Below, one piece after another: positions 9,406 to 18,340 of a stretch of DNA of 64,000 bases. A model generated the notes under the pieces. That model had not been told where the DNA came from and searched no databases. It saw nothing but the letters and a program-made list of their open reading frames with translations. Positions within the stretch are counted from its first letter, which is position 1. Each line of letters opens with the position of its first letter. The position numbers and the translations under genes were made by a program. Source of the stretch: Candidatus Dormiibacterota bacterium (lineage in GTDB: Bacteria; Chloroflexota; Dormibacteria; Aeolococcales; Bog-877); the NCBI GenBank assembly GCA_035534755.1, contig DATLRH010000006.1, forward strand, positions 8,829 to 72,828. The letters are read 5' to 3'.

Positions 9406-10130
9406 GAGGCGCCTCCTAGGTGAACGGTTAGCTCGGGGTCGCCTCTGGAGACGCCCTTGGGCCGGCCCCCTCGTGGGGCCCGGATCGCCAGTGGGGTCGC
9501 TGCCTCGGGGTCCGCTCCCCTGCCGTCCTCGGCGAAGGCTTCGAACCACTCCTGGTCCACCGCGAGCACGCCCGAGCGGAGTTCGCCGATCAACTTGGTG
9601 ACCCAGGCCAGCTCGGCCTGCCAGAGGCTGCGCTCGTACTCGCGCTCCAGCATGAAGAGCCGGGGGATTCCCAATTGCTGTTGCAGCGAAGCCAGCACCG
9701 CATCGCAGGCGGCGATCTTGCCCTCCAACTGCGCGATCCGATTGGAGAGGGCCAGGAGCGCGCCCGGCTCGGGCAGGTAGCCGATCATGCTCACCGCCGC
9801 CGAGAACACCGACGTCTCCGGCAGCGGCCGAGCGAGCAGATCGGTCAGCCAGTTCTGCAGCTCCTCCTGGCCCGTATCCGTCGCCCGATAGACGATCCGC
9901 TCCGGCCGGTGGCCCTCCCTAACGGTCTCGGCCAGTTCGATCAGCCCCGCGGTAGCGAGCCGGTCAACCGCATGGTAGAGCGCCCTCGGCTTGCCCGCGG
10001 CGAATTCCTTATGGCGTTGCTGGAGCTCACGCTGAATTCCGTAGGCGTGCCGGGGCTTCTCCGCCAGCAGGGCCAGGGTGGCCAGACAGACCAGGTCGCG
10101 GGTAGGGCGGCGCCAATTGCTGTCTGCCAT
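9402..10130 (-). CDS. PadR family transcriptional regulator
   Basis: N-terminal winged-helix LLAEKPRHAYGIQRELQQ...YHAVDRLATAGLI typical of PadR. Its stop overlaps the ATPase start. Confidence 0.85.
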   Translation of the reverse strand: MADSNWRRPTRDLVCLATLALLAEKPRHAYGIQRELQQRHKEFAAGKPRALYHAVDRLATAGLIELAETVREGHRPERIVYRATDTGQEELQNWLTDLLARPLPETSVFSAAVSMIGYLPEPGALLALSNRIAQLEGKIAACDAVLASLQQQLGIPRLFMLEREYERSLWQAELAWVTKLIGELRSGVLAVDQEWFEAFAEDGRGADPEAATPLAIRAPRGGRPKGVSRGDPELTVHLGGAS

Positions 10131-10174
10131 AGTGCAATACGCAGTATAGCAAATAGCAGTACGGATGGGATTGG
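10131..10174 (-). promoter_or_regulatory. low-GC promoter/operator region of the PadR-ABC operon; TATACT -10-like hexamer 14 nt upstream of the PadR ATG; repeated AGCAGTA units
   Basis: The minus strand reads CTGCTATTTGCTATACTGCGTATTGCACT-ATG. The AT-rich island stands out against about 70% GC elsewhere. There is an imperfect dyad ATACGCAGTAT. Confidence 0.3.
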
Positions 10175-10353
10175 TTCGTCGACCGGCAGCCTGGGCGGCT
10201 CGATGCCTCCCCTGCCCCTCCCGCCTGCTGCGGCCCCGGCGAGCCCATGTGACCGGTCCACGTCCCGAGTGCTCAGTGCAGGCTGATCGAGTTCACCCCG
10301 GTTCCTGGGTGGCCGACCCGGGGTCGCCCGGGGGGATCAGCGGTACGGCTGGC

Positions 10354-11469
10354 TCAGCCGACCAGGGCGCCGGCTGTGCCGGCGAGCAGCTTCAGGTCGT
10401 CGAGAGTGTGGTGCTCGATGGGACGCTTGGTGTGCCGCTCTATGTCCCTGATCTTGAGGATCTCGATCGGGGTGATCAGGGTCAGGGCCACCCCGTCGCG
10501 GCCGGCTCGGGCGGTGCGCCCCACCCGATGGACGTAGTCCTCGGGGGTGGCCGGGATGTCGTAATTGATGACGTGGCTGATGTCGTCGATGTCGATGCCC
10601 CGGGCGGCCACGTCGGTCGCGATCAGGAAGCGCACCCGGCTGTGCCGGAACCGCTCCAGGGCCTGGTCCCGCTCGCGCTGCGAGAGGTCGCCGTGAATCA
10701 CGGTGACGTCGTACCCGCGGCCCAGCAGGGCCGTGTGCAGGTGGTCAGCATTCCGCTTGGTGTTGCTGAAGATCAACCCCAGGGTCACCAGGGGACTGTC
10801 CATCAGCATCCCGAGCGCCTCTTCCTTCTCGGACCAGGAACATTCAATGCACCACTGGCGGATGGTGGGGACCAATTCGGTCCGCCCGCTCACCGAGACC
10901 GTCTCCGCATCGTGCATATGCCGGGCCGCCAGCCGGTGGACCCACTCCGGCATGGTCGCCGAGAAGAGCATGGTCTGGCGTTCCTTGGAGGTCTGCAGAA
11001 GGATCCGCTCCACGTCCGGAGCGAATCCCATGTCCAGCATCCGGTCGGCCTCGTCGAGGACCACGAAGCGGATTGCCCGAAGTGAGAGGGTGCGGCGCTG
11101 GAGGTGGTCGAGGACCCGACCCGGGGTGCCGACCACCACTTGGGGGTGGGCGATGAGCCCGTCCAGCTGGCGCTTGATGGGGTCCCCGCCGACCACGGCG
11201 AGGGTCCGCACCGAGCGGCCCTGAGCCAGCTTCTCGAACTCCAGGGTGACCTGAGCGGCCAGCTCCCGCGTGGGGCAGAGCACCAGCGCCTGGACCGTGG
11301 TCAGGGTGGGATCGAGGCGCTCCAGGATGGGCACGGCGAAGGCGGCGGTCTTTCCCGATCCGGTCCGAGCCTGGCCGACGAAGTCGCGGCCAGAAAGCGC
11401 CACCGGGAGGGTCAGGGCCTGGATCGGAGTGGGGTCGCTGTACCCAACCTCGACGAGGGTTCTCAGCAT
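10354..11469 (-). CDS. DEAD-box ATP-dependent RNA helicase
   Basis: Motifs are Q (PTPIQ), I (TGSGKTAAF), II (DEAD), III (SAT) and VI (HRVGRTARAGRDG). The start is uncertain: ATG 11469, or an extended N-terminus up to ATG 11652 / TTG 11661. The low-GC promoter-like stretch at 11585-11620 argues for the shorter form. Confidence 0.88.
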   Translation of the reverse strand: MLRTLVEVGYSDPTPIQALTLPVALSGRDFVGQARTGSGKTAAFAVPILERLDPTLTTVQALVLCPTRELAAQVTLEFEKLAQGRSVRTLAVVGGDPIKRQLDGLIAHPQVVVGTPGRVLDHLQRRTLSLRAIRFVVLDEADRMLDMGFAPDVERILLQTSKERQTMLFSATMPEWVHRLAARHMHDAETVSVSGRTELVPTIRQWCIECSWSEKEEALGMLMDSPLVTLGLIFSNTKRNADHLHTALLGRGYDVTVIHGDLSQRERDQALERFRHSRVRFLIATDVAARGIDIDDISHVINYDIPATPEDYVHRVGRTARAGRDGVALTLITPIEILKIRDIERHTKRPIEHHTLDDLKLLAGTAGALVG

Positions 11470-11686
11470 CGGCGCCGAGAGCCCAAGCTCGGAGAAGCTG
11501 ACGGAGGGGGCGGGATCCGGCTGGGGGACCTCATCGGGAGCCAGGTAAGCGGTGCGATGGGTGGGCCGGAAGGGACGTCTAGAGCGAATTGGCAACGAAT
11601 TCAATATACCCCATCCGGGCCAGTTCCACCCGGACGTGCCCCGCCCGGCCATCGGCGACAATGCCGAGAGAGTGCCGAAGGTGGTG

Positions 11687-12643
11687 ATGACCCTGCCCGT
11701 GCCGGGTCCCGCTGGGGACCTGCTCAGCGAACGCTGTGAGCTGAAGATCCTGGGTGAGATCCTCGCCCCCGAGCGGTATCGGACAGCGGTCGCGGGCGCG
11801 GATGCCCTGCTGCCTCAGCTGCGCGACCGGATCGACGCCGCCACCCTGGACGCCGCGGGCAGCAATCTCAGGGTCGTCTCCAACTACGCGGTCGGCCTCG
11901 ACAACGTGGACATTCCGGCCTGCACCGCCCGGGGGATCTACGTCGGGCACACTCCCGAGGTGCTCACCGACGCCACTGCCGACCTCACCCTGACCCTTCT
12001 TCTGGCGGCGGCGCGCCGGGTGGTCGAGGCGGACCGGGAGATGCGGGAGGGACGGTACTTCGGCTGGCGCCCGGACTACCTGCTCGGCCAGGAGGTGACC
12101 GGGGCGATCTTGGGCGTGATTGGCTTTGGCCGGATCGGGCAGGCGGTCGCTCAGCGCGCCGCTCGCGGCTTCTCGATGCGGATTTTGGCCTTCGACCCGG
12201 CCGGGGTACGGCCAGCCGCCTCCGTGGAGGTCGAGGAGTGCTCCCTGGAACGGCTCCTGCGCGAGTCCGACTTCGTCACCTGCCACGTTCCCTTGACCAG
12301 CCAGACCCACCACCTGATCGGTCGGAGCGAGCTGGCCGCCATGCGCAGGACCGCGGTTCTGGTCAACACCTCTCGGGGTCCGATCATCGACGAGGCCGCC
12401 CTGGTTGAGGCGCTTCAGTCAGGCGAGATCGCCGCCGCCGGCCTCGACGTTTACGAGCAGGAGCCGGAGATGTCCCCCGGACTGGCCGACTGTGCCAACG
12501 CGGTCCTGCTGCCCCACCTCGGCAGCGCAACCGGCAAGACCCGCTCCGCCATGGGCGAGCTGGCCGCGCGCAACATTCTGGCGGTGCTGGACGGCGGCGC
12601 TCCCCTCGCCTGCGCCAATCCCGAGGTATCTCCCCGCCGGTGA
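11687..12643 (+). CDS. D-isomer-specific 2-hydroxyacid dehydrogenase (glyoxylate/hydroxypyruvate reductase-like)
   Basis: NAD-binding GVIGFGRIGQAV, and a catalytic region with HVPLT...HHLIG and NTSRG. ATG at 11687; the track ORF starts earlier, in the intergenic region. Confidence 0.9.
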   Translation: MTLPVPGPAGDLLSERCELKILGEILAPERYRTAVAGADALLPQLRDRIDAATLDAAGSNLRVVSNYAVGLDNVDIPACTARGIYVGHTPEVLTDATADLTLTLLLAAARRVVEADREMREGRYFGWRPDYLLGQEVTGAILGVIGFGRIGQAVAQRAARGFSMRILAFDPAGVRPAASVEVEECSLERLLRESDFVTCHVPLTSQTHHLIGRSELAAMRRTAVLVNTSRGPIIDEAALVEALQSGEIAAAGLDVYEQEPEMSPGLADCANAVLLPHLGSATGKTRSAMGELAARNILAVLDGGAPLACANPEVSPRR

Positions 12644-13485
12644 GGCCCAGGTTGCTGATCTCGGACTTGGATGGGACGCTCCTTGACGAGCGGCTCCAGA
12701 TTGACCCTCGGGACGTGGTGGCGGTCGCTCTCGCCCACCAGGAGGGGATCCGGGTTGGGATCGCCACCGGTCGGATGTATCGATCCGCCCTGCCCCACGC
12801 CCTGGCCCTGGGGGCGGATCTGCCGCTCATCTGTTACCAAGGGGCGCAGATCCAGGAGCTGGCCCAGGGCGGTTCCGAGCCGGAGATGGCCGCCGCCAAA
12901 GTGCTGCGGCGCGAGGAGGTCCCCGGCGAATTGGGGCTCGAGGTGCTGGCGCTCTGCCGCCGCCGTGGCTTCGCCCTCAACGTCTACCAGGATGACCATC
13001 TCTACGTCGACCGGGTCGATGACGACGTCCGCTTCTACACCGGAATCGCCCAGGTCACCGCCGAAGTGGCGGGCCGGCCCACGCTGGAGGACCGGGTGCG
13101 CCGCGGCAGTACCAAGTTGACCGTGGTTGCCCGGGACCGGGATCGCTTCCAGGCGGCGTTGGCCGAGCTCCAAGAGCTGCTCGGAGGAAGGGCGGAGGTG
13201 ACCCGATCTCTGATCGGATTCTGCGAGATCACGGCCCCGGGGGTGAACAAGGGAAAGGCCCTCAACTGGCTCTGTCGGCAACTGGGCGTCGATCCCGGGG
13301 ACGTGGTCGCCGTCGGAGACGCTCCCAACGACCTCCCCCTGCTGGAAGCCGCGGGCACCCGGGTCGCGGTGGAGACCGCCTCCGAGGAGGTCCGGCAGGC
13401 CGCCGACTGGCTGATCCCCGGACCCGGCCAGGGGGGTCTGACCGAGCTGGTTCGCCGGGTCCTCTCCCCGGCAGGCCGGCGCTGA
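12640..13485 (+). CDS. Cof-type HAD-IIB family hydrolase (sugar phosphatase)
   Basis: HAD motif I LLISDLDGTLLD, a cap region, and motif IV VVAVGDAPNDLPLLEAAG. ATGA-type overlap with the upstream gene. Confidence 0.85.
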   Translation: MRPRLLISDLDGTLLDERLQIDPRDVVAVALAHQEGIRVGIATGRMYRSALPHALALGADLPLICYQGAQIQELAQGGSEPEMAAAKVLRREEVPGELGLEVLALCRRRGFALNVYQDDHLYVDRVDDDVRFYTGIAQVTAEVAGRPTLEDRVRRGSTKLTVVARDRDRFQAALAELQELLGGRAEVTRSLIGFCEITAPGVNKGKALNWLCRQLGVDPGDVVAVGDAPNDLPLLEAAGTRVAVETASEEVRQAADWLIPGPGQGGLTELVRRVLSPAGRR

Positions 13486-13494
13486 GCCGAAGGG

Positions 13495-14601
13495 ATGAGC
13501 CTCTCGGTTGGAATCGTCGGGCTGCCCAACGCCGGCAAGTCGACCCTCTTCAACGCCTTGACGAGAGCCCACGTGGCTGTAGGTGCCTTCCCTTTCACCA
13601 CGATCGACCCCAACACCGGAGTCGTGGCCGTCCCCGACGAACGCATCCACCAGTTGGCCGAGGTCTTCCACCCCCCCAAGGTGATCCCGGCGACGGTGAC
13701 ATTCACCGACATCGCCGGCCTGGTCAGAGGCGCCCACCAGGGCGAGGGGCTGGGGAATCAGTTCCTGGGCCACATCCGCAGCGCCGACGCGATCGCCTTT
13801 GTGCTGCGCGCCTTCAGCGCTTCCGAGGTTGGCCACGTCGAGGGCCCGGTCGACCCGCTCCGCGATCTGGAGATCCTGGAGCTGGAGCTCACCCTGGCCG
13901 ATCTGGCCACGGTCGACCGCCGGCTCGAACGGGTTGGCAAGACGGCCCGCGCCGGCGCCGCCTCCCGCGAGGTTCAGGCCGAAGTCGCCGGGCTGACCAA
14001 GGTCAAAGAAGCGCTCGACCAAGGGATGCCCGCGCGGCGGGTGACCCTCGGCGTCGACGAGTCGGTGGGGGTGCGGGAGGCCCAGCTGCTCACCGCCAAG
14101 CCGGTCATCCTGGTTGCCAATCTCGACGAGGGTGATCTAGCCCAGCCCCTCGGCTCGGGACCCGCCCAGCGAATCTCGGAGCGCGCCGCCCAAGAGGGAG
14201 CGGACTTCGTCGCCGTGTCGGCCAAGCTCGAGGCTGAGCTTTCCGAGCTGGAGCCTGAGGAGGCGGACGAGTTCCTCGCCGGCCTGGGTCTCTCCGAGGC
14301 CGGGTTGGGCCGGCTCAGCCGAGCCGGATATCACGCCCTCCGCTTGCACACCTTCTTCACCGCCGGGGAGAAGGAGGTGCGCGCCTGGACGGTCCCCCTG
14401 GGGGCCAATGCCCGGGACGCCGCCGGGGCGATTCACAGCGACTTTGCTAAGGGCTTCATCAGGGCCGAGGTCTGCGGCTGGCAGGAGCTCGTCGAAGCGG
14501 GCAGCTACGCGGCCGTGCGGGAGCGGGGTCAGCGCCGCCTGGAGGGCCGCGATTACCAGGTCCAGGACGGCGACGTGATGCACTTCCTCTTCAACGTCTG
14601 A
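13495..14601 (+). CDS. ychF: redox-regulated ribosome-associated ATPase YchF (Obg family)
   Basis: G1 motif GLPNAGKST, FTTIDPN, G3 DIAGLV, a central coiled-coil insertion, and a C-terminal TGS domain (MHFLFNV). Confidence 0.95.
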   Translation: MSLSVGIVGLPNAGKSTLFNALTRAHVAVGAFPFTTIDPNTGVVAVPDERIHQLAEVFHPPKVIPATVTFTDIAGLVRGAHQGEGLGNQFLGHIRSADAIAFVLRAFSASEVGHVEGPVDPLRDLEILELELTLADLATVDRRLERVGKTARAGAASREVQAEVAGLTKVKEALDQGMPARRVTLGVDESVGVREAQLLTAKPVILVANLDEGDLAQPLGSGPAQRISERAAQEGADFVAVSAKLEAELSELEPEEADEFLAGLGLSEAGLGRLSRAGYHALRLHTFFTAGEKEVRAWTVPLGANARDAAGAIHSDFAKGFIRAEVCGWQELVEAGSYAAVRERGQRRLEGRDYQVQDGDVMHFLFNV

Positions 14602-14644
14602 GCTGCCCGGGGGCCGGCCCGGCCCCGCCCGGGAACTCGGCTCT

Positions 14645-15607
14645 TTGGCAGTCCGGCTCCCCCGGAAGTGGTTCTGGGCTTGGCCGGAAGTTCTGGGCGG
14701 CCTCTCCAAGTCGTCGCCACCAGAGCCTTCGGCCGGTTGTGCGCAGGCGGCGCCGGGAGGCCCACATCGACGCCCCCGCCTACGCTCCCGGAGAGGGGCC
14801 GAGGACCCTGGGCCGAGCCCGGGTTCCGACCCGCTGGGGAGCGCCGATGCCGGCCAGAAGTCGCTCGAACGAGGCCCTTGCGGTCCACAACATTCTGTGG
14901 TTCAATTGACCCTGGGCACAAGATGTGGCCCCACACACATCGCCCACGCAGGCAGTGGGCGCTGGCACCGCTTCGTCCCCTCCTTCGCCAAGCTGACCCC
15001 CACCCAGCCGGTGCTCGCTGCCTGCACTCCTCGGCCCCGGCCAAGACTCGCCCTGGGCTTGGATACACTGGCCGCGCCTCAGCCCGGACTTCATCCGGGC
15101 GTCCTCACCGCGGAGCCCCAATTGGCAAGACGCCCTAAGCGCCGCCCCGTCTCCAGCGCCCGGAAGCGGCCGCCGACGCACTCCCCATCGTCCTCCTCGG
15201 GGACGGAAAGCTCCGCCGCCCAGCCCTCGTCGGCTCCGGAGGCGGTTCCCAGTCCGGTTCCCGACCCGCGCCCGACCGGGGCGCGGAGCTCGTTTCTGCC
15301 CCCCCGCACGACGCCGCCGAAGGAGCCTGGCCCGGTCCTACCGGCCGAACCGGAGAGTGCCCCCGCAGTGGCGTCGGCGACCGGGAGCGGGGCCGCAGGG
15401 TCAACTTCCTTCCTCCCCCGGAAGGGGAGGGTCGCGGGCCGGGCCGAGCGGCAACGCCAGCAGATCGCCCACTTGGAGCCGCTCGACGAAACCCCGGCGA
15501 TTCCCACCGACCGCACTCCTTACCTCTGGCTGGACCTGCGCAAGGTCATCCTGGTCAGCGCGCTCATGGTGGTGGTGGTGGCGGCGGGCTTCCTCTTCCT
15601 TCACTAG
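14645..15607 (+). CDS. hypothetical Pro/Ser/Arg-rich protein with a single C-terminal TM anchor; start uncertain
   Basis: Third-position GC is above 85% across 15000-15607 in this frame, against a weak antisense frame. The C-terminus LRKVILVSALMVVVVAAGFLFLH is a tail anchor. A 45-nt patch at 14880-14925 has low GC3, so the true start may be the GTG at 15011 (198 aa) rather than 14645. No recognisable domain. Confidence 0.3.
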   Translation: MAVRLPRKWFWAWPEVLGGLSKSSPPEPSAGCAQAAPGGPHRRPRLRSRRGAEDPGPSPGSDPLGSADAGQKSLERGPCGPQHSVVQLTLGTRCGPTHIAHAGSGRWHRFVPSFAKLTPTQPVLAACTPRPRPRLALGLDTLAAPQPGLHPGVLTAEPQLARRPKRRPVSSARKRPPTHSPSSSSGTESSAAQPSSAPEAVPSPVPDPRPTGARSSFLPPRTTPPKEPGPVLPAEPESAPAVASATGSGAAGSTSFLPRKGRVAGRAERQRQQIAHLEPLDETPAIPTDRTPYLWLDLRKVILVSALMVVVVAAGFLFLH

Positions 15608-15638
15608 GGAAGGGGTGATTCCACCCCTCCCTATACTC
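15608..15638 (+). promoter_or_regulatory. hairpin GGGAAGGGGTG-ATTC-CACCCCTCCC immediately followed by TATACT, 7 nt before the arsA-like ATG
   Basis: Imperfect 10/11-bp inverted repeat directly after the upstream stop codon. TATACT at 15633-15638 is -10-like and positioned for a leaderless transcript starting at ATG 15645. The same hexamer recurs upstream of PadR and ilvE. Confidence 0.3.
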
Positions 15639-15644
15639 GCTGAG

Positions 15645-16811
15645 ATGCGGGTGATCCTCTACACCGGCAAGGGTGGCGTGGGCAAGACAACGGTCGCTGC
15701 CGCTACCGCTGTCAAATGCGCGGAGCAGGGCCTCAAGACGCTGGTCATCTCCACCGACGCCGCCCACAGCCTGGGCGACTCGCTAGAGCATGAACTTGCG
15801 GCGCTGCCCGTCGAGGTCGCGCCCAACCTGTTCGCCCAGGAGGTCAACGCGCTCCACGAAATGGAGGGGCACTGGGACAAGATTCACGGCTATCTCGCGG
15901 TCCTCTTCAACAGCCAGGGGGTCGACGAAATCATCGCCGAGGAGCTCGCAACTCCGCCTGGGATGGAGGAGATTTCGAGCTTGATGTGGATCCGCCGGCA
16001 CGCCCGAATGCAGGAGTATGACGTGCTCATCGTCGACTGCGCCCCGACCGGGGAAACCTTGCAACTGCTCGCTTTTCCCGACGTGGCTCGCTGGTACTTG
16101 GACCGGATCTTTCCGCTCGAGCGAAAGGTCATGCGGGTGGCCCGTCCGATGATCCAGCCCTTCGTGAAAATCCCATTACCAGGCGACGAAATCTATGGAT
16201 CGATCAAGGACCTCTTAGTCGACCTGGAATCGATGAAGGAAGTCCTCAGTGACTCCAAGACCTGCACCGTGCGCTTGGTACTCAACCTCGAAAAGATGGT
16301 GATCAAGGAGGCGCAACGGGCCTACACGTACCTCAATCTGTACGACTATCAGGTCGACGCCGTGCTGGTCAACCGAGTCCTCCCGGAGGCGGTCGGGGAC
16401 GGTTACTTTGCCGATTGGCGCAAGTCGCAGCAGCGCTACGCAACCCAGGTGGAGGCCGCCTTTTCACCGGTGCCGATTCTCAACAGCCAGCTCTTCGACC
16501 ACGAGGTGCTGGGGTTGGAAAACCTCAGTGAGCTGGCCCAGTCCCTCTTTGGCGAGGTCGATCCGAGCGCGATTCTCTTCAACACCAAGCCCCAGGCCCT
16601 GCGCAAGGAAGGCGACGTCTATGTGCTCACCTTGCAGCTGCCCTTCGCCACCCGGGACCAGGTGGAACTGACCCAGCGGGACGACGAGCTCTACGTCAGC
16701 GTCGGGCCGTACAAGCGAGAGATCAGCCTGCCCCGGGTGTTGCATGGCAAGCTGACCACCTCGGCCCACCTTGAGGACGGCCGGCTGGCGATTCATTTTG
16801 GGAGTAAGTGA
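15645..16811 (+). CDS. ArsA/GET3-family anion-transporting ATPase homolog with a C-terminal HSP20-like domain
   Basis: Deviant Walker A YTGKGGVGKTT, and ArsA/Get3-like switch regions. The C-terminal roughly 90 aa (LTLQLPFATRDQVELTQRDDELYVSVGPYKREISLP...) has an alpha-crystallin/HSP20-like fold signature. ATG 15645; the track ORF starts upstream in an overlapping frame. Confidence 0.9.
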   Translation: MRVILYTGKGGVGKTTVAAATAVKCAEQGLKTLVISTDAAHSLGDSLEHELAALPVEVAPNLFAQEVNALHEMEGHWDKIHGYLAVLFNSQGVDEIIAEELATPPGMEEISSLMWIRRHARMQEYDVLIVDCAPTGETLQLLAFPDVARWYLDRIFPLERKVMRVARPMIQPFVKIPLPGDEIYGSIKDLLVDLESMKEVLSDSKTCTVRLVLNLEKMVIKEAQRAYTYLNLYDYQVDAVLVNRVLPEAVGDGYFADWRKSQQRYATQVEAAFSPVPILNSQLFDHEVLGLENLSELAQSLFGEVDPSAILFNTKPQALRKEGDVYVLTLQLPFATRDQVELTQRDDELYVSVGPYKREISLPRVLHGKLTTSAHLEDGRLAIHFGSK

Positions 16812-17044
16812 TGGAGCGTGAAGAGGCGGCCCGACAGTTTGGCGGATGGGCGGCCCGGCAGATCGGGGGTGCGGTCGCGCGGGCGGCGGGCGAACTGGGC
16901 GAGCTGGTGCCGCCCGAATCGCGGGTCCATCTGCTCAAGGCCCAGCGCGAGGTGTTTCTGGCGGCGTCGGCGGCGCTCGAGCACCGACGCCACTCCCAAG
17001 GATCGAAGAGTCGGCGCCGAGCCCGCAAGATCGTCCTGGACTGA
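16808..17044 (+). CDS. hypothetical 78-aa helical protein translationally coupled to the ArsA-like gene
   Basis: GTG/ATG at 16808/16811 overlaps the arsA TGA stop. GC3 is about 78%. No recognisable domain. Confidence 0.5.
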   Translation: MMEREEAARQFGGWAARQIGGAVARAAGELGELVPPESRVHLLKAQREVFLAASAALEHRRHSQGSKSRRRARKIVLD

Positions 17045-17050
17045 GACTCG

Positions 17051-17833
17051 GTGCTCGGGACTGCCGTCGAGTTCTACCTCGTCCTGCTGCTCTTCGCCGT
17101 CCCCGGCATCGTCATCGGGTTCACCGTCCACGAATACTGCCACGCCTGGGTAGCCACGTCCTACGGGGATCCAACCCCGAAGGCCCAGGGCCGGCTCTCC
17201 TTCAACCCGGCAAGTCAGATCGACCCGGTCGGCCTGGCGGCGCTGGTCCTGGTCGGGATCGGATTTGCCCGACCCGTTCAGTTCAACCCGCTCTACGTCC
17301 GGCGCGGCCGCGAGCGCGCCTGGCTCTCGGCCGCCGGGCCTCTGAGCAACCTGGCGGTTGCGGCGGTGATCTGCCTGCTACTGCGGCTCTTGATCTTCGC
17401 CGACCCCCTGACCCAGACCTGCGCGCTGCCCAGTTTCAACCTGAACCTCGCCGGCTACGCCTACTGGATCCTGATCGAGGCCTTCTTCGTCAATGTCATC
17501 CTCTTCATCTTCAACCTGGTCCCGATCCCCCCTCTGGACGGCTATGGGGTGGCCGACGGGCTCTTCCGAAGTCACGCTCCCGGTCTCTTCCAATGGATCG
17601 ACCGCAATCGGATGGGAATCCTGATCGCCGCCTTGCTGGTCTTCTTCGTCCTGCCCAACTTCTTCAACTCCGGCTTCTCCCTCGGGGCCCCGATCCTGGC
17701 CGCCGCCGACGGGCTCTGGCGCCTGCTGGTGAACGGCAACCCGCCCCAGGAGTTTTTCCCCAGCCTCAGCTACCTGATCTCGCCCGCCTCCCCGGCGCTG
17801 GCCACGGCGCTGGCCAACCCGTGCTTCCCCTAG
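17051..17833 (+). CDS. site-2 protease family zinc metalloprotease (peptidase M50)
   Basis: HExxH motif HEYCH in a first TM helix, a second zinc-ligand region NLVPIPPLDG, and 6 TM helices. GTG start. Confidence 0.8.
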   Translation: MLGTAVEFYLVLLLFAVPGIVIGFTVHEYCHAWVATSYGDPTPKAQGRLSFNPASQIDPVGLAALVLVGIGFARPVQFNPLYVRRGRERAWLSAAGPLSNLAVAAVICLLLRLLIFADPLTQTCALPSFNLNLAGYAYWILIEAFFVNVILFIFNLVPIPPLDGYGVADGLFRSHAPGLFQWIDRNRMGILIAALLVFFVLPNFFNSGFSLGAPILAAADGLWRLLVNGNPPQEFFPSLSYLISPASPALATALANPCFP

Positions 17834-18336
17834 CTTCCGGCCAGGTCGTCGGCGCCCAGGCTGTCCTGGTCGACGATCAGGACCGAGTTCTCCTCCAGTT
17901 GCGGCTGTGGCCCCCCGGGTGGGAGCCGCCCGGGGGCCATGTCGGGAGGTCGGAAGACCCCGCTGCGACCGTGGTTCGAGAGGCCGAGGAGGAGACCGGT
18001 CTGGAGATTGAAATCGAGCGGCTGACCGGCTACTACCGCTTCACCGGCCTCAGACGCGACACCGACGTCGTCTTCCGGGCTCGGGCGGTAGGCGGCCGAG
18101 TCCGGCGAAGCCGGGAAGCCTGGCGGATCGAGTGGTTCCCCGCTGACCGGTTGCCCCGGTCGCTCTTCCCCTGGTACCGGCAGCGGATCGCAGACGCCCT
18201 GGCCCCCGCCCGACTTTCGCCCCCAGAGCGGATCCAGGGGGTTGGCCCGGGCGAGGTCGCAAGACATGGGTTGGCCCTGGCGGTCGACCTTCTGGGTTGG
18301 GCCCGGCCGGGCCGGGCGCGGCCCGCTTCACCCTGA
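17821..18336 (+). CDS. NUDIX hydrolase
   Basis: NUDIX box GGHVGRSEDPAATVVREAEEETGL (Gx5Ex7REUxEExGU). The coding frame is buried inside the 496-aa track ORF 16846..18336. GTG 17821 overlaps the M50 stop by 13 nt. Confidence 0.8.
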   Translation: MLPLASGQVVGAQAVLVDDQDRVLLQLRLWPPGWEPPGGHVGRSEDPAATVVREAEEETGLEIEIERLTGYYRFTGLRRDTDVVFRARAVGGRVRRSREAWRIEWFPADRLPRSLFPWYRQRIADALAPARLSPPERIQGVGPGEVARHGLALAVDLLGWARPGRARPASP

Positions 18337-18340
18337 ACAA

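Noticed and set aside
12451-14022. 523-aa minus-strand ORF over the HAD and ychF genes
   Set aside because: Antisense. The plus strand has unambiguous HAD and YchF motifs.
14602-14645. GC-rich dyad after ychF as an intrinsic terminator
   Set aside because: The stem is imperfect (GGGGCCGG-C-CCGGCCCC cannot form with a 1-nt loop) and only a weak CTCTTT follows. Too ambiguous to call.
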